Virus record (IMG/VR): IMGVR_UViG_3300034279_000149
Direction: 5' to 3' (one strand)
Length of the DNA stretch: 64,000 nucleotides
Source: an uncultured virus (IMG/VR IMGVR_UViG_3300034279_000149)
Taxonomy: Duplodnaviria > Heunggongvirae > Uroviricota > Caudoviricetes
Part shown: piece after piece, positions 8,924 through 18,494 of the stretch
Numbering within the stretch: position 1 is the first letter of the stretch
Layout: the number at the start of each line of letters is the position of its first letter
Position numbers and translations under genes: made by a program
The notes under the pieces: model-generated
The model's input: the letters and a program-made list of their open reading frames with translations, nothing else
What the model was told of the DNA's origin: nothing
The model's database searches: none

Positions 8924-9651
8924 TTACTTCTCCATGGATAAGTTGTATATAGTTGTTGCATTTTTCTGTTTCCGTCTAAGAACCACTCTGCCTGTCCTTC
9001 CTTAGTGCATCGGTAGTTCACGGTGTATTGCCCCGTACCACCAAACTCATTAGGCTTACACAAAGCAAACGCTTGCTTAAACACTTCGGTGTCGCAATGA
9101 TACGTATCCCTGTAAAAAACATGTTGTAGCTTGAGCAAGAACTCGGTCTTAAAACAATAACAGTTCATATCAACAAAGCTAATGTTTGTCTGATTCGGAA
9201 ATATACCTAGGCTATCGCAGTCATCGTTACAAATGAAGTTACCTTCTTTGTCTACTATCTTACGTAAACTGTATGCCCAGTTAAACTCATGCTTCTGCAT
9301 ACCTTCGACTATCATGCGCACGTGAGTATCTTCAAACCAGTTGTCCTCATCCAAAAACAGGGTGTAGTTAGCATTGATTAAACCAGCCATACTTGAGTAG
9401 ATACGGTGTCCGTAAAACCCATGCTTTAAATCCCAAAAGTGATTCTGTGGCATGCCCGTATTCTCAGGTAAGACAGTCACCTTAAGTTGTGGGTGTGCAT
9501 TATCCTGTACGATCTTGATTGCCTTCTCAGCATATTGCACACCATCCACCACTACCCAATGCTCTACACCATTACCCTGACGGGCAACACTCTGTATAGC
9601 TTGGGCTAACTCAGACATTCCAGTTGTAGGGGTTATGACTACGGCTCTCAT
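8920..9651 (-). CDS. Glycosyltransferase family 2
   Basis: VITPT...QSVARQ...VVVDG...FLDEDN (DxD). Confidence 0.82.
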   Translation of the reverse strand: MRAVVITPTTGMSELAQAIQSVARQGNGVEHWVVVDGVQYAEKAIKIVQDNAHPQLKVTVLPENTGMPQNHFWDLKHGFYGHRIYSSMAGLINANYTLFLDEDNWFEDTHVRMIVEGMQKHEFNWAYSLRKIVDKEGNFICNDDCDSLGIFPNQTNISFVDMNCYCFKTEFLLKLQHVFYRDTYHCDTEVFKQAFALCKPNEFGGTGQYTVNYRCTKEGQAEWFLDGNRKMQQLYTTYPWRSK

Positions 9652-10202
9652 AACTTTTTAATTCCATACTGATAGTTCTTAATGATTGTTTTGTACTTAC
9701 CACCAAACGCTTCTAAGAAACCATCAATCCCTATCTTAGTTGGTTCAAGCGGGTACTCGTAATCATCAAACAACATAACACCACCTTGCTTGAGTAAGCC
9801 CCATGACATACACGCATCGCTTAACGCTACATCAGGCGCATGGCTACCATCCACGTAGATAAAATCAAACTCGGCTCTATGCCCGATTAGTTCAGCCAAG
9901 GCTTTGTTTGACGGCATCTTCATCAAAGATACTACCTGCGTACCTTTTCTTGTTTCTGCTGTGTTAAACCAAAACCTAGCTTCTACCGCCTTGAAGTCCA
10001 TGTTAGGATCAACGGATATATGCGTAAACGAATCAACACATACTATCCTGCCATCAGTCGATAAGCCATTCTCCAACAACCAGCAAGTAGCACGACCTTC
10101 AAAAGCCCCGATCTCGAGAAACGATTTCTTACTGGGCAGTTCAGTCATGCACTTGTTAAAGTTAGAGATGTTGTTGCTAAACCAATCTTGCGTAAAGTTC
10201 AT
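9648..10202 (-). CDS. Class I SAM-dependent methyltransferase (Methyltransf_24-like)
   Basis: LEIGAFEG, FDFIYVDGSH, LLKQGGVMLFDDY. Confidence 0.85.
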   Translation of the reverse strand: MNFTQDWFSNNISNFNKCMTELPSKKSFLEIGAFEGRATCWLLENGLSTDGRIVCVDSFTHISVDPNMDFKAVEARFWFNTAETRKGTQVVSLMKMPSNKALAELIGHRAEFDFIYVDGSHAPDVALSDACMSWGLLKQGGVMLFDDYEYPLEPTKIGIDGFLEAFGGKYKTIIKNYQYGIKKL

Positions 10203-10204
10203 GA

Positions 10205-10564
10205 TTACCCCTTAATTAACTGGGCTACCTTTTCTTCCAAGTACGTTACTACTGCTTGGCTGTTGAGGTACATGATCTTAGCTTGGGTGTAGTCGGCTTC
10301 TAACTTCTTATAGTTCTGTCGCCATCCGTCGTGCAATTTCTCTAACTCATGCACTTGTACTTCGAGCGCACGAATGTACTTGGTGTTATCTGTTACTTTG
10401 TTAGTAACTTTACTAACAGGATTGCCTGACTTTTTAATTGCGTTACGTAATACATACACTTGCTTAACTGACATCTTCAAGCGTTGTGCAATTTCTTTAG
10501 GTTTAAGCAATGGGTTAATTTCCATTAGCTTTGCTACTTTAGTTTTTTGTGTGATCTTCTTCAT
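10205..10564 (-). CDS. HTH DNA-binding protein with coiled coil (candidate regulator)
   Basis: KPKEIAQRLKMSVKQVYVLR HTH; contains a copy of the 18-bp palindrome. Confidence 0.65.
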   Translation of the reverse strand: MKKITQKTKVAKLMEINPLLKPKEIAQRLKMSVKQVYVLRNAIKKSGNPVSKVTNKVTDNTKYIRALEVQVHELEKLHDGWRQNYKKLEADYTQAKIMYLNSQAVVTYLEEKVAQLIKG

Positions 10565-10862
10565 AGTTACTTTCTCCTGTTGTTAATAAAGAGGGTAGAT
10601 ACTTTACGTCGTCTTCCCTTACTACTAAAGCCACACCACCGCAGTCAATGATTTTCTTTAAGTTTATCTCTTGCAATGCTGTGAGTTTTCCTTTTCCAGC
10701 CTTAGTTTCAATGCCGAAAAATTTACCTTCTAGGCAAACTAAAAAATCGGGCGCACCTTGTCTGCCAAAACCGCCTGTCACTGGCATCACGTAGTAAGCA
10801 CCAAGCCCATCAAGGACTTGGCGAACCGATTTCTTAACTTTACCCTCGGGTGTCGTCGCCAC
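10539..10862 (-). CDS. VRR-NUC domain nuclease (Holliday-junction resolvase-like)
   Basis: E...GAPDF...IETKA...LTALQ. Confidence 0.85.
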   Translation of the reverse strand: MATTPEGKVKKSVRQVLDGLGAYYVMPVTGGFGRQGAPDFLVCLEGKFFGIETKAGKGKLTALQEINLKKIIDCGGVALVVREDDVKYLPSLLTTGESNYEEDHTKN

Positions 10863-11054
10863 TTATTTCTCCAAGAATGGAATTTTTGTGGTCTGTTTTG
10901 TGTGCGCATAGTAATCTAATTGAACCTTCGCCGAGTTAATCATCTTACCAGCAATGTTTGCTAACTCACTCGCATCAGTATGTTTGAGCGCACCGCCCCG
11001 CAAGTCAGCAAATACTTGTGATAGTTGATCTCTTAGTTCACTTACATTTTTCAT
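10863..11054 (-). CDS. Hypothetical protein
   Basis: 63-aa ORF, ATGA-coupled. Confidence 0.65.
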   Translation of the reverse strand: MKNVSELRDQLSQVFADLRGGALKHTDASELANIAGKMINSAKVQLDYYAHTKQTTKIPFLEK

Positions 11055-11542
11055 TTCTCTAACTCCCTTTTAATCATTAGTTGTAAACGTTTTGCTTCGA
11101 GTAATTCCCTTGGTATATCTGTTGGATATAACCTTGAGCCCGAACTTACAGATAGTAAGTAAGCGAGATAGTGGTCTGTAACTTCTTTCACTTTCCGCTT
11201 AACTGAGTTGCGTATATATTTCCTACGCAGTTCAACATACCTCTCAGGGTCTTTATCCATCTGCTTTTGCCGTACTGCTTGACGTGCTTTTCTAACCTTC
11301 TCAGGATTTTCGGCAAACCTTTTCATGGCACTTGCCTTCGCCATTTCTTTTATGCGTTCTTTGTTTTCTCCCTCATACTTTTTTCGTTGCATCTTAATAC
11401 GTTCAGCGTTTTTAAGTCTGTACTCTTTATGGTAGTCTTTATTAGCTTCAGTAAATTTACGTGCGTATTCTTTAGCTTTTTCTTTATTAGCTTGATAGTA
11501 CGCACGACTATACGCACGACGTTCTTCATCCGTTTTCGGCAT
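11051..11542 (-). CDS. Basic helical-repeat protein
   Basis: YYQANKE/FTEANKD/YRLKNAE/YEGENKE repeats. Confidence 0.6.
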   Translation of the reverse strand: MPKTDEERRAYSRAYYQANKEKAKEYARKFTEANKDYHKEYRLKNAERIKMQRKKYEGENKERIKEMAKASAMKRFAENPEKVRKARQAVRQKQMDKDPERYVELRRKYIRNSVKRKVKEVTDHYLAYLLSVSSGSRLYPTDIPRELLEAKRLQLMIKRELEK

Positions 11543-12059
11543 CGCTTTCTCCGTTAAAAACCCAATACACATTTTCGTTAATGCGTCTGCCTACACCCTC
11601 GACTTCTTCATTGACTTTCGTATGGTCAAGTAGCATTAAAACAGCGAGTTTATCTTGCACCCATTTTGGTAACTCGTCAAGTGTTTCATAATACTTTTTT
11701 AACTCAGGATCAAACGCATCCAACATCTCATAACATGTTGTTTCTACGGTATGGTCATCGTTAATTTGTATTCTATAAATCGGTAGTTCTTTCACCATGT
11801 CTAGGTAGTGCATGAGGATTTCTTCAGGTGCAGATAACATCTTCTGCCCATTTATATCCTTCCAATTTGCACAAAATCCTAGGTCATAGAACAGGTTTAT
11901 ATATAAACTCTTTTCCTTCTTTACTTCTGCGGTTTCAAACATATTATTCTCCAAGCTATTTAATAAATCTTCTCGTGTAAACCCATAACTGCACAAGCCT
12001 TCTAGTGCGTTATATGTAAGTGCCTTACCCACGCTCCACCCAATATGTTCTATCGTCAA
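11526..12059 (-). CDS. Hypothetical protein
   Basis: 177-aa ORF; C-terminus (LPxxxxxKLAVL...VEGVGxxI...YWV) resembles that of the upstream gene. Confidence 0.65.
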   Translation of the reverse strand: MTIEHIGWSVGKALTYNALEGLCSYGFTREDLLNSLENNMFETAEVKKEKSLYINLFYDLGFCANWKDINGQKMLSAPEEILMHYLDMVKELPIYRIQINDDHTVETTCYEMLDAFDPELKKYYETLDELPKWVQDKLAVLMLLDHTKVNEEVEGVGRRINENVYWVFNGESDAENG

Positions 12060-12981
12060 TCTTCATACCGACCCCTGATACATAGCCTTCGTTCTCTAAG
12101 ATATTCAGTACGGCTACCTGCCCAGCTATGTCCTGTGGTAACTCATCTGCTGAACAACTTATAGCCTGTGCATCTGTCGTGTTCATCTTTACATCCCAGC
12201 GAATCTCCCGCACGTTATGCACCTCTTGTAAGTCTGCGTAGGTGGTGTCCCCGATCTGCTTGAATCGCACAAAGACAGCCGATACCTTACGGGCTTCCTG
12301 CTCTCGGTAGTCGCTGAGTAACTGCTCGATGTTCTCCGATAACGCTCGGAACTCAGGGGTAACGAACTGCACACCCTGCTTCCTTAAGAACTCAATCTCC
12401 TGCAAGATAGCCATACGGTTATTGACAATATCCCTCGCCCCGTCGTGCGCCTTGCTCTTTACTTGGTCTAATACTCTTGACACCTTCTCATGTAAAGGTT
12501 CGTAGAATACCTGCGCTAACTCACGGGTGGTGTACGGCACAAGATGTTTACGTGCGTTCTTCACCGCCTTCTCCAAGTCGCTTGTCATAACCATGTGGTG
12601 CTGATCTCGGTGCGTAGCATACTTAGCGTTCTGTATCTTACGGCTATACACACCGTAGGTACACTCGCCCGACTTCACCCCGTTGTCTGCCCAGCTTATC
12701 CGACCTAGGTCACAGGGAAAGTCATCCATGTATACAAATACCTCGTTACATACATGAACCTGCGCACCGTTTAGGTAGCCAAAGTTATGTGCGAAAAACT
12801 TTACTTTCGGCATCGCCTTCTGTAACGCTTGGGCAAATCCCAGTAACTCTTTATGTACTGGCACACCATCTAAGAACTCGGTATACCCTGCTTCGGTTGC
12901 CCTGTTTACAATCCCTTTAACTTTCTCCTCATGGTTCTTGTTGCCCATGAGTTTGCTTAAGTTTGCTATCTTCGTTGTCAT
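12025..12981 (-). CDS. Hypothetical early protein
   Basis: Long ORF with AGGAG RBS; C-terminus LPQDIAGQVAVL...VSGVGMKI...YWV. Confidence 0.75.
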   Translation of the reverse strand: MTTKIANLSKLMGNKNHEEKVKGIVNRATEAGYTEFLDGVPVHKELLGFAQALQKAMPKVKFFAHNFGYLNGAQVHVCNEVFVYMDDFPCDLGRISWADNGVKSGECTYGVYSRKIQNAKYATHRDQHHMVMTSDLEKAVKNARKHLVPYTTRELAQVFYEPLHEKVSRVLDQVKSKAHDGARDIVNNRMAILQEIEFLRKQGVQFVTPEFRALSENIEQLLSDYREQEARKVSAVFVRFKQIGDTTYADLQEVHNVREIRWDVKMNTTDAQAISCSADELPQDIAGQVAVLNILENEGYVSGVGMKIDDRTYWVERG

Positions 12982-13006
12982 TTCCAATCTCCTGTTAGTA
13001 ACATTA

Positions 13007-13918
13007 CTACCTAAGTTCTACTGCAAACATACCGCCTGTCTTACGCAAGCAATCCCTGAACTTCGCATACGAATCCTTATTGGGGGCAAACCTACCACCC
13101 GTTATTGCATCTGCTTGGTACGCAACTAACCCCGCCAATGCCATACGCTTGTCATGCTCGGGGTTATCGAGGATCTCACGGATTAAGTTCTTATCCACGT
13201 AACGTTCCCAATACCAATACCCTGCCCTACCTTCGGTCAAATTCTTAGAGTATTGATCCTTGGCATCACCCAAACTCTCACCCATTACAGGCAACACGAC
13301 TTGCATCCAGTCCCACATCTCCTTCATCTTAGGCTTGTAGATTGAGTCAAGGTCTTTATCAACACGACGTGTCTGCATAGGTTGTAAGTTGTTTACACGA
13401 GTGAACCCACCGTCACCCTCGGCCTTGAACACCAACTTGTTATCCTGCATCATGGTAAATACCTTAGATTGCCAGTCCATATCCCCCTTGAACTTTGGCA
13501 GGTAATGTTCTACCCCATTGTGGCTTACAAAGTGTTTACCCCCGCCTTGTGGATAGTGAAAGAACATACCTTGTGGTAAGAAACTTTTTAGAAAGTCATA
13601 CCGAGATACCGCCGTACCCCCGTTCATATGATTACGCACAGTCATGTAGTCACCATCTTCCTTGCGTTCCCACACAATCGGCGCAGTCTGCTCACGCATA
13701 CGATTATCATTATCAGTACCAAGCCCACTACTCCATGCCCAATAACCATCAAGCAGTATGTACTTGTTATCAGATACTTTGTGAACACGATTCCACCAGT
13801 AACGTCGCTCTGTTAGTGGGCGCAGGTCTTGATCTGCTCTTGCCCCACGAATCGGCTTGATCTCGCTGTATGCTTTGGCTACTTCGTCAAAACTACTTAG
13901 TCTGTAATATCCCATCAT
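13007..13918 (-). CDS. Hypothetical early protein
   Basis: 303-aa ORF, GGAG RBS. Confidence 0.75.
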   Translation of the reverse strand: MMGYYRLSSFDEVAKAYSEIKPIRGARADQDLRPLTERRYWWNRVHKVSDNKYILLDGYWAWSSGLGTDNDNRMREQTAPIVWERKEDGDYMTVRNHMNGGTAVSRYDFLKSFLPQGMFFHYPQGGGKHFVSHNGVEHYLPKFKGDMDWQSKVFTMMQDNKLVFKAEGDGGFTRVNNLQPMQTRRVDKDLDSIYKPKMKEMWDWMQVVLPVMGESLGDAKDQYSKNLTEGRAGYWYWERYVDKNLIREILDNPEHDKRMALAGLVAYQADAITGGRFAPNKDSYAKFRDCLRKTGGMFAVELR

Positions 13919-14016
13919 TTACTCTCCCATAATAAGTTAATAACTACATAGGCAATAACACCCCATGCAAACACACCGCTTAATATAAAAAACACAGCCA
14001 TAATCTCAAGCATCAT
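13915..14016 (-). CDS. 33-aa membrane peptide
   Basis: Manual translation MMLEIMAVFFILSGVFAWGVIAYVVINLLWESK; coupled to neighbours at both ends. Confidence 0.55.
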   Translation of the reverse strand: MMLEIMAVFFILSGVFAWGVIAYVVINLLWESK

Positions 14017-15194
14017 CACTCCTCAATATGTATAGTTGTACCTACATCTGCTGTCGCTGAACTGTTGCCGTCAATACACCACAACACAGGCACACTCCAT
14101 TGACCCCATGACCCACCTAAGTAGCCATCTGTTAGTACTATTACTAACTCAGGCTTGATACCATGCTCGTTCATATAGATCGGTACGCACTCCACATCTG
14201 TACCGCCCCCGCCTTGTGGCTTGGTAGATGTAGCAATGTTGTCCCGTTCTGTTTCGTCATAAACTTCGTGACCACATACCGCCGTGTCCCAATACAGTAG
14301 GCGCACCTTGCTTGGCTTGACCTGATCGCAGATACCCTTGATCTCAGTCAAGAATCTAGTCAATTCACGCTGTCCGATTGAACCCGAGGTATCTATCGCC
14401 ACAACAAGTTCACCCATGGTTTCGCTGATTGAACTGGGCATGAGCATATCCATACCGATATACCTACGGTTAGGTTTCTTCCAAGTCGAGTAGTCCTTAC
14501 CCGCACAAGTTGTTGTGACGTAATCACGCAGTAACTCTCGCCAGTCCTTCTTGGTTTGTAGTAACTCGTTGAGGTCACGATTACCCCCTGAGCCAGTCTT
14601 ACCCGCAAGAACCGAACCTTGGCGCACCGCTTCGTCAATCTCCTTAGCCAATGCTTCGGCTTCCTCGGCGGACATTTCTTTTGCCCCTTCCCAGTCATGA
14701 TCGTCGATACCAGTGCCACCTTGCCCTTCACCCTCGCCCTCGTCATCGGAATCCCCCAACATGTCAAAGACTTGTTTAGCGTTCATGCCACGGTACTTAT
14801 CATCCAAACACCCACCCTCGGGCATCTTGATAAAATCGCCCAAGTCCATGTCGGATAGTTTGCCGTTGATAACATAGTCACATGCTCGGTTAGCGCGTGT
14901 CGCATCAATGTCATGCAAGTCCTTCCAAGTTGTTAAGTGGCGATACATCTTGTGATAGCACTCGTGCAACATCAAGAAACGGAACTCTGCATCGGTCAGG
15001 CTATCTACAAACTCCCTACCGTATAGTTCATCCCGCCCGTTAGTACACGCAGTCGGCAGTCCATCAATGATCTTCTTGCTACCAATCATCAGCACACCCG
15101 CTAGTGCTACGAACTCGGTTCGACCAAGTATGTCAGTCGTCGCCTTCCATAGCCGTTGCTCGGCGGTTAGTTGTTTACCTATTGCTAGTGTCAT
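14016..15194 (-). CDS. Metallopeptidase + VWA-like protein (DUF2201 family)
   Basis: TACTNG, HECYH (HExxH), NRACD, MIDAS DTSGS, GGGGTD, LTDG. Confidence 0.88.
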   Translation of the reverse strand: MTLAIGKQLTAEQRLWKATTDILGRTEFVALAGVLMIGSKKIIDGLPTACTNGRDELYGREFVDSLTDAEFRFLMLHECYHKMYRHLTTWKDLHDIDATRANRACDYVINGKLSDMDLGDFIKMPEGGCLDDKYRGMNAKQVFDMLGDSDDEGEGEGQGGTGIDDHDWEGAKEMSAEEAEALAKEIDEAVRQGSVLAGKTGSGGNRDLNELLQTKKDWRELLRDYVTTTCAGKDYSTWKKPNRRYIGMDMLMPSSISETMGELVVAIDTSGSIGQRELTRFLTEIKGICDQVKPSKVRLLYWDTAVCGHEVYDETERDNIATSTKPQGGGGTDVECVPIYMNEHGIKPELVIVLTDGYLGGSWGQWSVPVLWCIDGNSSATADVGTTIHIEE

Positions 15195-15229
15195 TTCATT
15201 CTCCTGTTGTTAGTAACATTACTAACTGA

Positions 15230-16354
15230 TTACTTCTTATCAGCCGTGAACATAAAGTTGTTAGCCATGCACCATGCGGTGAACTTCTTATTCGTCATGA
15301 CCAAGCCTTGCTTCTGATACTTCGGATTGCGTACCTGCATAGCGAACAATGATTGGGCTTCCATATCAAGACGGTTCAAGTAGTCCATCCATGGGTCAAT
15401 CCATTCCTTGTTAATAGTTGCAAGCGCACGATACACAACCATCACCACCGCCGACGAGTTGCTAGGTACTTTCGCATTGAGTGGGTCTGTCTTAATATCT
15501 TCAATGCGTGGTAGTTCATCGACCAGTTTGATATACGCACCAAGGTCAGAGCCAGCACGATCACCGATAGTGCCAATCAGATTCGACTTCAATGAGTTCT
15601 CGCTGATCTTGTCCTTTGCCCACAACCAATGGCTTGCCAGTTCAAGTGAGCGTGGTGTCACGAATGATGGTCTTTGTGCCTGTGGGTGATAGATATACGG
15701 ATTGCCACCTACTTCGTCGTCAGGTTTCTCGACATCCTCGAATGACTGGAACAGTTGCTCGCCGTTCTCCTTAACCCATAAGATCATGGATGGATGAATA
15801 CCAGCGTTGAAAGCAAACCCCTCGATCCAATCCGTCGCCGTGGGTTTCTTCATACGGATAGTCGTGATACGGTTACGGTGGTGTGGCATAAGTAAATCAC
15901 CCACTCCCTCGCTACCTAGGTTCGTCGTTGCAAACACAATGCTACCTTCGGGTAACTTCTTACTACCCATGGTTCGCTCTAGCATTACCCGCATCATGCC
16001 ATTCTTAACCATCGGATTCGCCTTACCGAACTCGTCAATCATCAAGATAATCGGCTTGCCATGGTGTAACCCCATCTCCTCGTTAGGTACAAAGCGCACA
16101 TAATCATCCTCGCTGTCGTCACGCAGTATCTTAGGTAACATCAAATCGCCCAAGTCCTTAGTAGTACAGTCAAAGTAGCAAGGCACATGGGTAGGTAGTT
16201 TGGAAGCGAGGAGTTTTAAGATACTGGATTTACCCGTACCCATATGACCTTGTACCAAGGTAGTTAGTTTGTCGCCCGTTGCCATGATGGATTCCACGCA
16301 CTCGTCAAGGGATTGTGCATAGATACGGTCTGCTGTTTGGATTGCTTTTGCCAT
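15230..16354 (-). CDS. MoxR-like AAA+ ATPase
   Basis: Walker A GHMGTGKS, Walker B ILMIDE, ATTN, TPRS. Confidence 0.88.
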   Translation of the reverse strand: MAKAIQTADRIYAQSLDECVESIMATGDKLTTLVQGHMGTGKSSILKLLASKLPTHVPCYFDCTTKDLGDLMLPKILRDDSEDDYVRFVPNEEMGLHHGKPIILMIDEFGKANPMVKNGMMRVMLERTMGSKKLPEGSIVFATTNLGSEGVGDLLMPHHRNRITTIRMKKPTATDWIEGFAFNAGIHPSMILWVKENGEQLFQSFEDVEKPDDEVGGNPYIYHPQAQRPSFVTPRSLELASHWLWAKDKISENSLKSNLIGTIGDRAGSDLGAYIKLVDELPRIEDIKTDPLNAKVPSNSSAVVMVVYRALATINKEWIDPWMDYLNRLDMEAQSLFAMQVRNPKYQKQGLVMTNKKFTAWCMANNFMFTADKK

Positions 16355-16445
16355 GATATTTATTTCCTTTTTTGTTAGTAAAGTTACTACGGTTATTTGA
16401 TTTACTTAATGCCGACTTGTCATCGGCATACTTCGCCTTAACTTG

Positions 16446-17348
16446 TTACCACGAAAGTTCTTTTAATAAAGAATCGACCTTGTTCTTAGTATCTAAGCGC
16501 AAGTGATCGTCTTCCCGTAGTGCATCGGGTGTTATGCCTAGCATTACAGATTCCAGTTTGTGCTTCGCTGTCCGCATTTTGGGATCGTCGGTTATGTTGA
16601 ACTTGTCTAGCAAGTCGACCATCTCCATCACATTGGATACGAGGGTATCTCTAAAGATTTGTTTTTTGTCTCCACTAAGTTTTTCACTCATACGGGTCAG
16701 GGCTTCGTGGGTTCTCTCCCATACATCCGCATACGCTTGTGTCAAGTTGTTTTGGTAATAGTTGGCATACGATTCCTTCAGGATTGCTTCGGCTTCCTGT
16801 CCAACATTCACCCGCCAGTCGCCCACTTCGGGTACGGGGGCAAACTTCACCGAGAACTTGAACTTGTCTTGGATTGTGTCCACATGGGGGTAATCGTCAG
16901 GGTTAAATAGTGCGCCCAATTTCATCTGTGCTTGCAGTACTAACTTGTCATACTGGTTAATGAACTGGGTCACGAGGTTGTTAAACTCTGCTTCCATGGC
17001 GGTAATTTCTCGCTGGTAGTCAAAGAACATAGATGTTGTGAGTAAACGCAGTCCGCTGTCCGACCATGGCATAGTCGCATGGTAGTGGTAGGTTCGTGCA
17101 TTGCCTGTGTATTTTTGGATCGCATCAAAGATCGGCTCGTCCGCAAACAATCGCTTGGAATAATTCCCCGCCCGAGTTGTCGTGTGCTTGGCGGTGTCAA
17201 TCTCTTGGCTCACGCCCTTGTCAAACTTGCGACCTGTCCACACGCTAATGTTTAATTCGACTAGCATTGCGGAACTGCTGATACTTGGTACTGATACTGC
17301 TGGTGGTGTGTTAGTAACATTACTAACTGGGTTGGCTACTTGGTTCAT
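16446..17348 (-). CDS. DUF3150-like protein
   Basis: AMLVELNISVWTGRK, TMPWSDSG.RLL, FNPDDYP, LR.D...R; usual neighbour of AAA/VWA pairs. Confidence 0.7.
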   Translation of the reverse strand: MNQVANPVSNVTNTPPAVSVPSISSSAMLVELNISVWTGRKFDKGVSQEIDTAKHTTTRAGNYSKRLFADEPIFDAIQKYTGNARTYHYHATMPWSDSGLRLLTTSMFFDYQREITAMEAEFNNLVTQFINQYDKLVLQAQMKLGALFNPDDYPHVDTIQDKFKFSVKFAPVPEVGDWRVNVGQEAEAILKESYANYYQNNLTQAYADVWERTHEALTRMSEKLSGDKKQIFRDTLVSNVMEMVDLLDKFNITDDPKMRTAKHKLESVMLGITPDALREDDHLRLDTKNKVDSLLKELSW

Positions 17349-17398
17349 TATCATTTCCTTTAAGTTATTAAGATAAAACATTTCCGACCTACAACTAT

Positions 17399-17427
17399 AT
17401 TATACTGTTAAACACTATCAAAGTCAA
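17399..17427 (-). promoter_or_regulatory. Sigma70 early promoter TTGACT-N17-TATAAT
   Basis: Near-consensus hexamers with 17-bp spacing. Confidence 0.85.
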
Positions 17428-17450
17428 GTAAACAGTACGTAACTGTAACA

Positions 17451-17603
17451 TCATGTCCCCTTCCGCAGTCCGCCCATAAACCTACGGGGTATTGTTACGA
17501 TCAGACGGTCTTCATCCATTGATTGCAGGGTTACGTCGTGGTCTGTCCAGCACACTACGACATAAGTTCTTTTACCGATACGCTTGATCTGTCCTGTGTT
17601 CAT
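17451..17603 (-). CDS. Small hypothetical protein (50 aa)
   Basis: Manual translation MNTGQIKRIGKRTYVVVCWTDHDVTLQSMDEDRLIVTIPRRFMGGLRKGT; ATGA-coupled. Confidence 0.55.
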   Translation of the reverse strand: MNTGQIKRIGKRTYVVVCWTDHDVTLQSMDEDRLIVTIPRRFMGGLRKGT

Positions 17604-17860
17604 GATCCGATCCACTTCTCAAAGGCAATCGCACCTTGGTACAGAATGAATAAGAAGAAAGCCCACATACCTATCCACACAAGATATTCCTTGGCTCTAT
17701 CCCAATCGCTTTCGCACCGCCACATTGGTGTGGCATAGTCGGCATCCCGCAGGGTAGACTTCATTTTCTCGTTGTGCCATTCCATCAGGGCATCGTTACC
17801 CTCATATGGTTTCTTTAGCCTAGTGATCGGCTTGCGTGGTGCTGGTTTAATCTTCTTCAT
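17600..17860 (-). CDS. Hypothetical membrane protein
   Basis: C-terminal hydrophobic helix; GGAG RBS. Confidence 0.65.
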   Translation of the reverse strand: MKKIKPAPRKPITRLKKPYEGNDALMEWHNEKMKSTLRDADYATPMWRCESDWDRAKEYLVWIGMWAFFLFILYQGAIAFEKWIGS

Positions 17861-18129
17861 TTTGGTTCTCCTTGCTGTTTAAAAAACTTCCTAATGGTTG
17901 ATATGCGCCATTGGCTCTTGTTCGAATAACTACTTCCTGCATAAAAAGTTTTACCCACTATGTGTTTTATGTCAGGTGGTGGGAACTCTCCCTTCTCTAT
18001 CTTTAGATACATTGTGCTTATCTTTATCTTAAATATATCGGCTAGGTCTTTAGCGTTCATGCACGAGTTCGGGGCTACTTCCTTAAGCCAAGAGGGTTCA
18101 GGTATTTCGGACAGGTCTTTTTTGTTCAT
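17857..18129 (-). CDS. AlpA-like HTH regulator
   Basis: MNAKDLADIFKIKISTMYLKIEKGEFPPP...W. Confidence 0.7.
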   Translation of the reverse strand: MNKKDLSEIPEPSWLKEVAPNSCMNAKDLADIFKIKISTMYLKIEKGEFPPPDIKHIVGKTFYAGSSYSNKSQWRISTIRKFFKQQGEPK

Positions 18130-18329
18130 GTTGTCCTCTTGGGGTTAAGTTGTTTAAGCAGGGTCATGTCGGTAATGCAGACATAGTTCGACTTGTTTAG
18201 TGGTGCGATTGTGAACTTGCGTTCCTTGGCAATCTCGTCACCGCAGGGAAGGCAGAACTTGTAGCCTAGCGCCCAACGCTTTAGATGGACTTCATCACCG
18301 CAGTTGCGACAATGGTGTACTTGCTTCAT
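18126..18329 (-). CDS. C4 zinc-finger protein (DksA/TraR-like finger)
   Basis: CRNCGDEV..KRWALG..FCLPC. Confidence 0.65.
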   Translation of the reverse strand: MKQVHHCRNCGDEVHLKRWALGYKFCLPCGDEIAKERKFTIAPLNKSNYVCITDMTLLKQLNPKRTT

Positions 18330-18426
18330 GGTGTATCTCCTAGTAAGTTGTTTTCTCTGTGTTAGTAAAGTTACTAACAGGCAGAGGCTTGGCGATGGAA
18401 GCAAAAACTTTTCCCATCTAAATACT

Positions 18427-18455
18427 ATTTTACCCTATATAACTGTCAAAGTCAA
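18427..18455 (-). promoter_or_regulatory. Sigma70 early promoter TTGACT-N17-TAAAAT
   Basis: 17-bp spacer; shares TTTACTTGACTTTGA with the 17427 promoter. Confidence 0.8.
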
Positions 18456-18494
18456 GTAAATGGTAGTAAGTTATAGCGTATTCTATTAAAGAGT

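Noticed and set aside
16409..16429. Intrinsic terminator
   Set aside because: A hairpin is present (ATGCCGA/TCGGCAT) but has no U-tract in the sense direction
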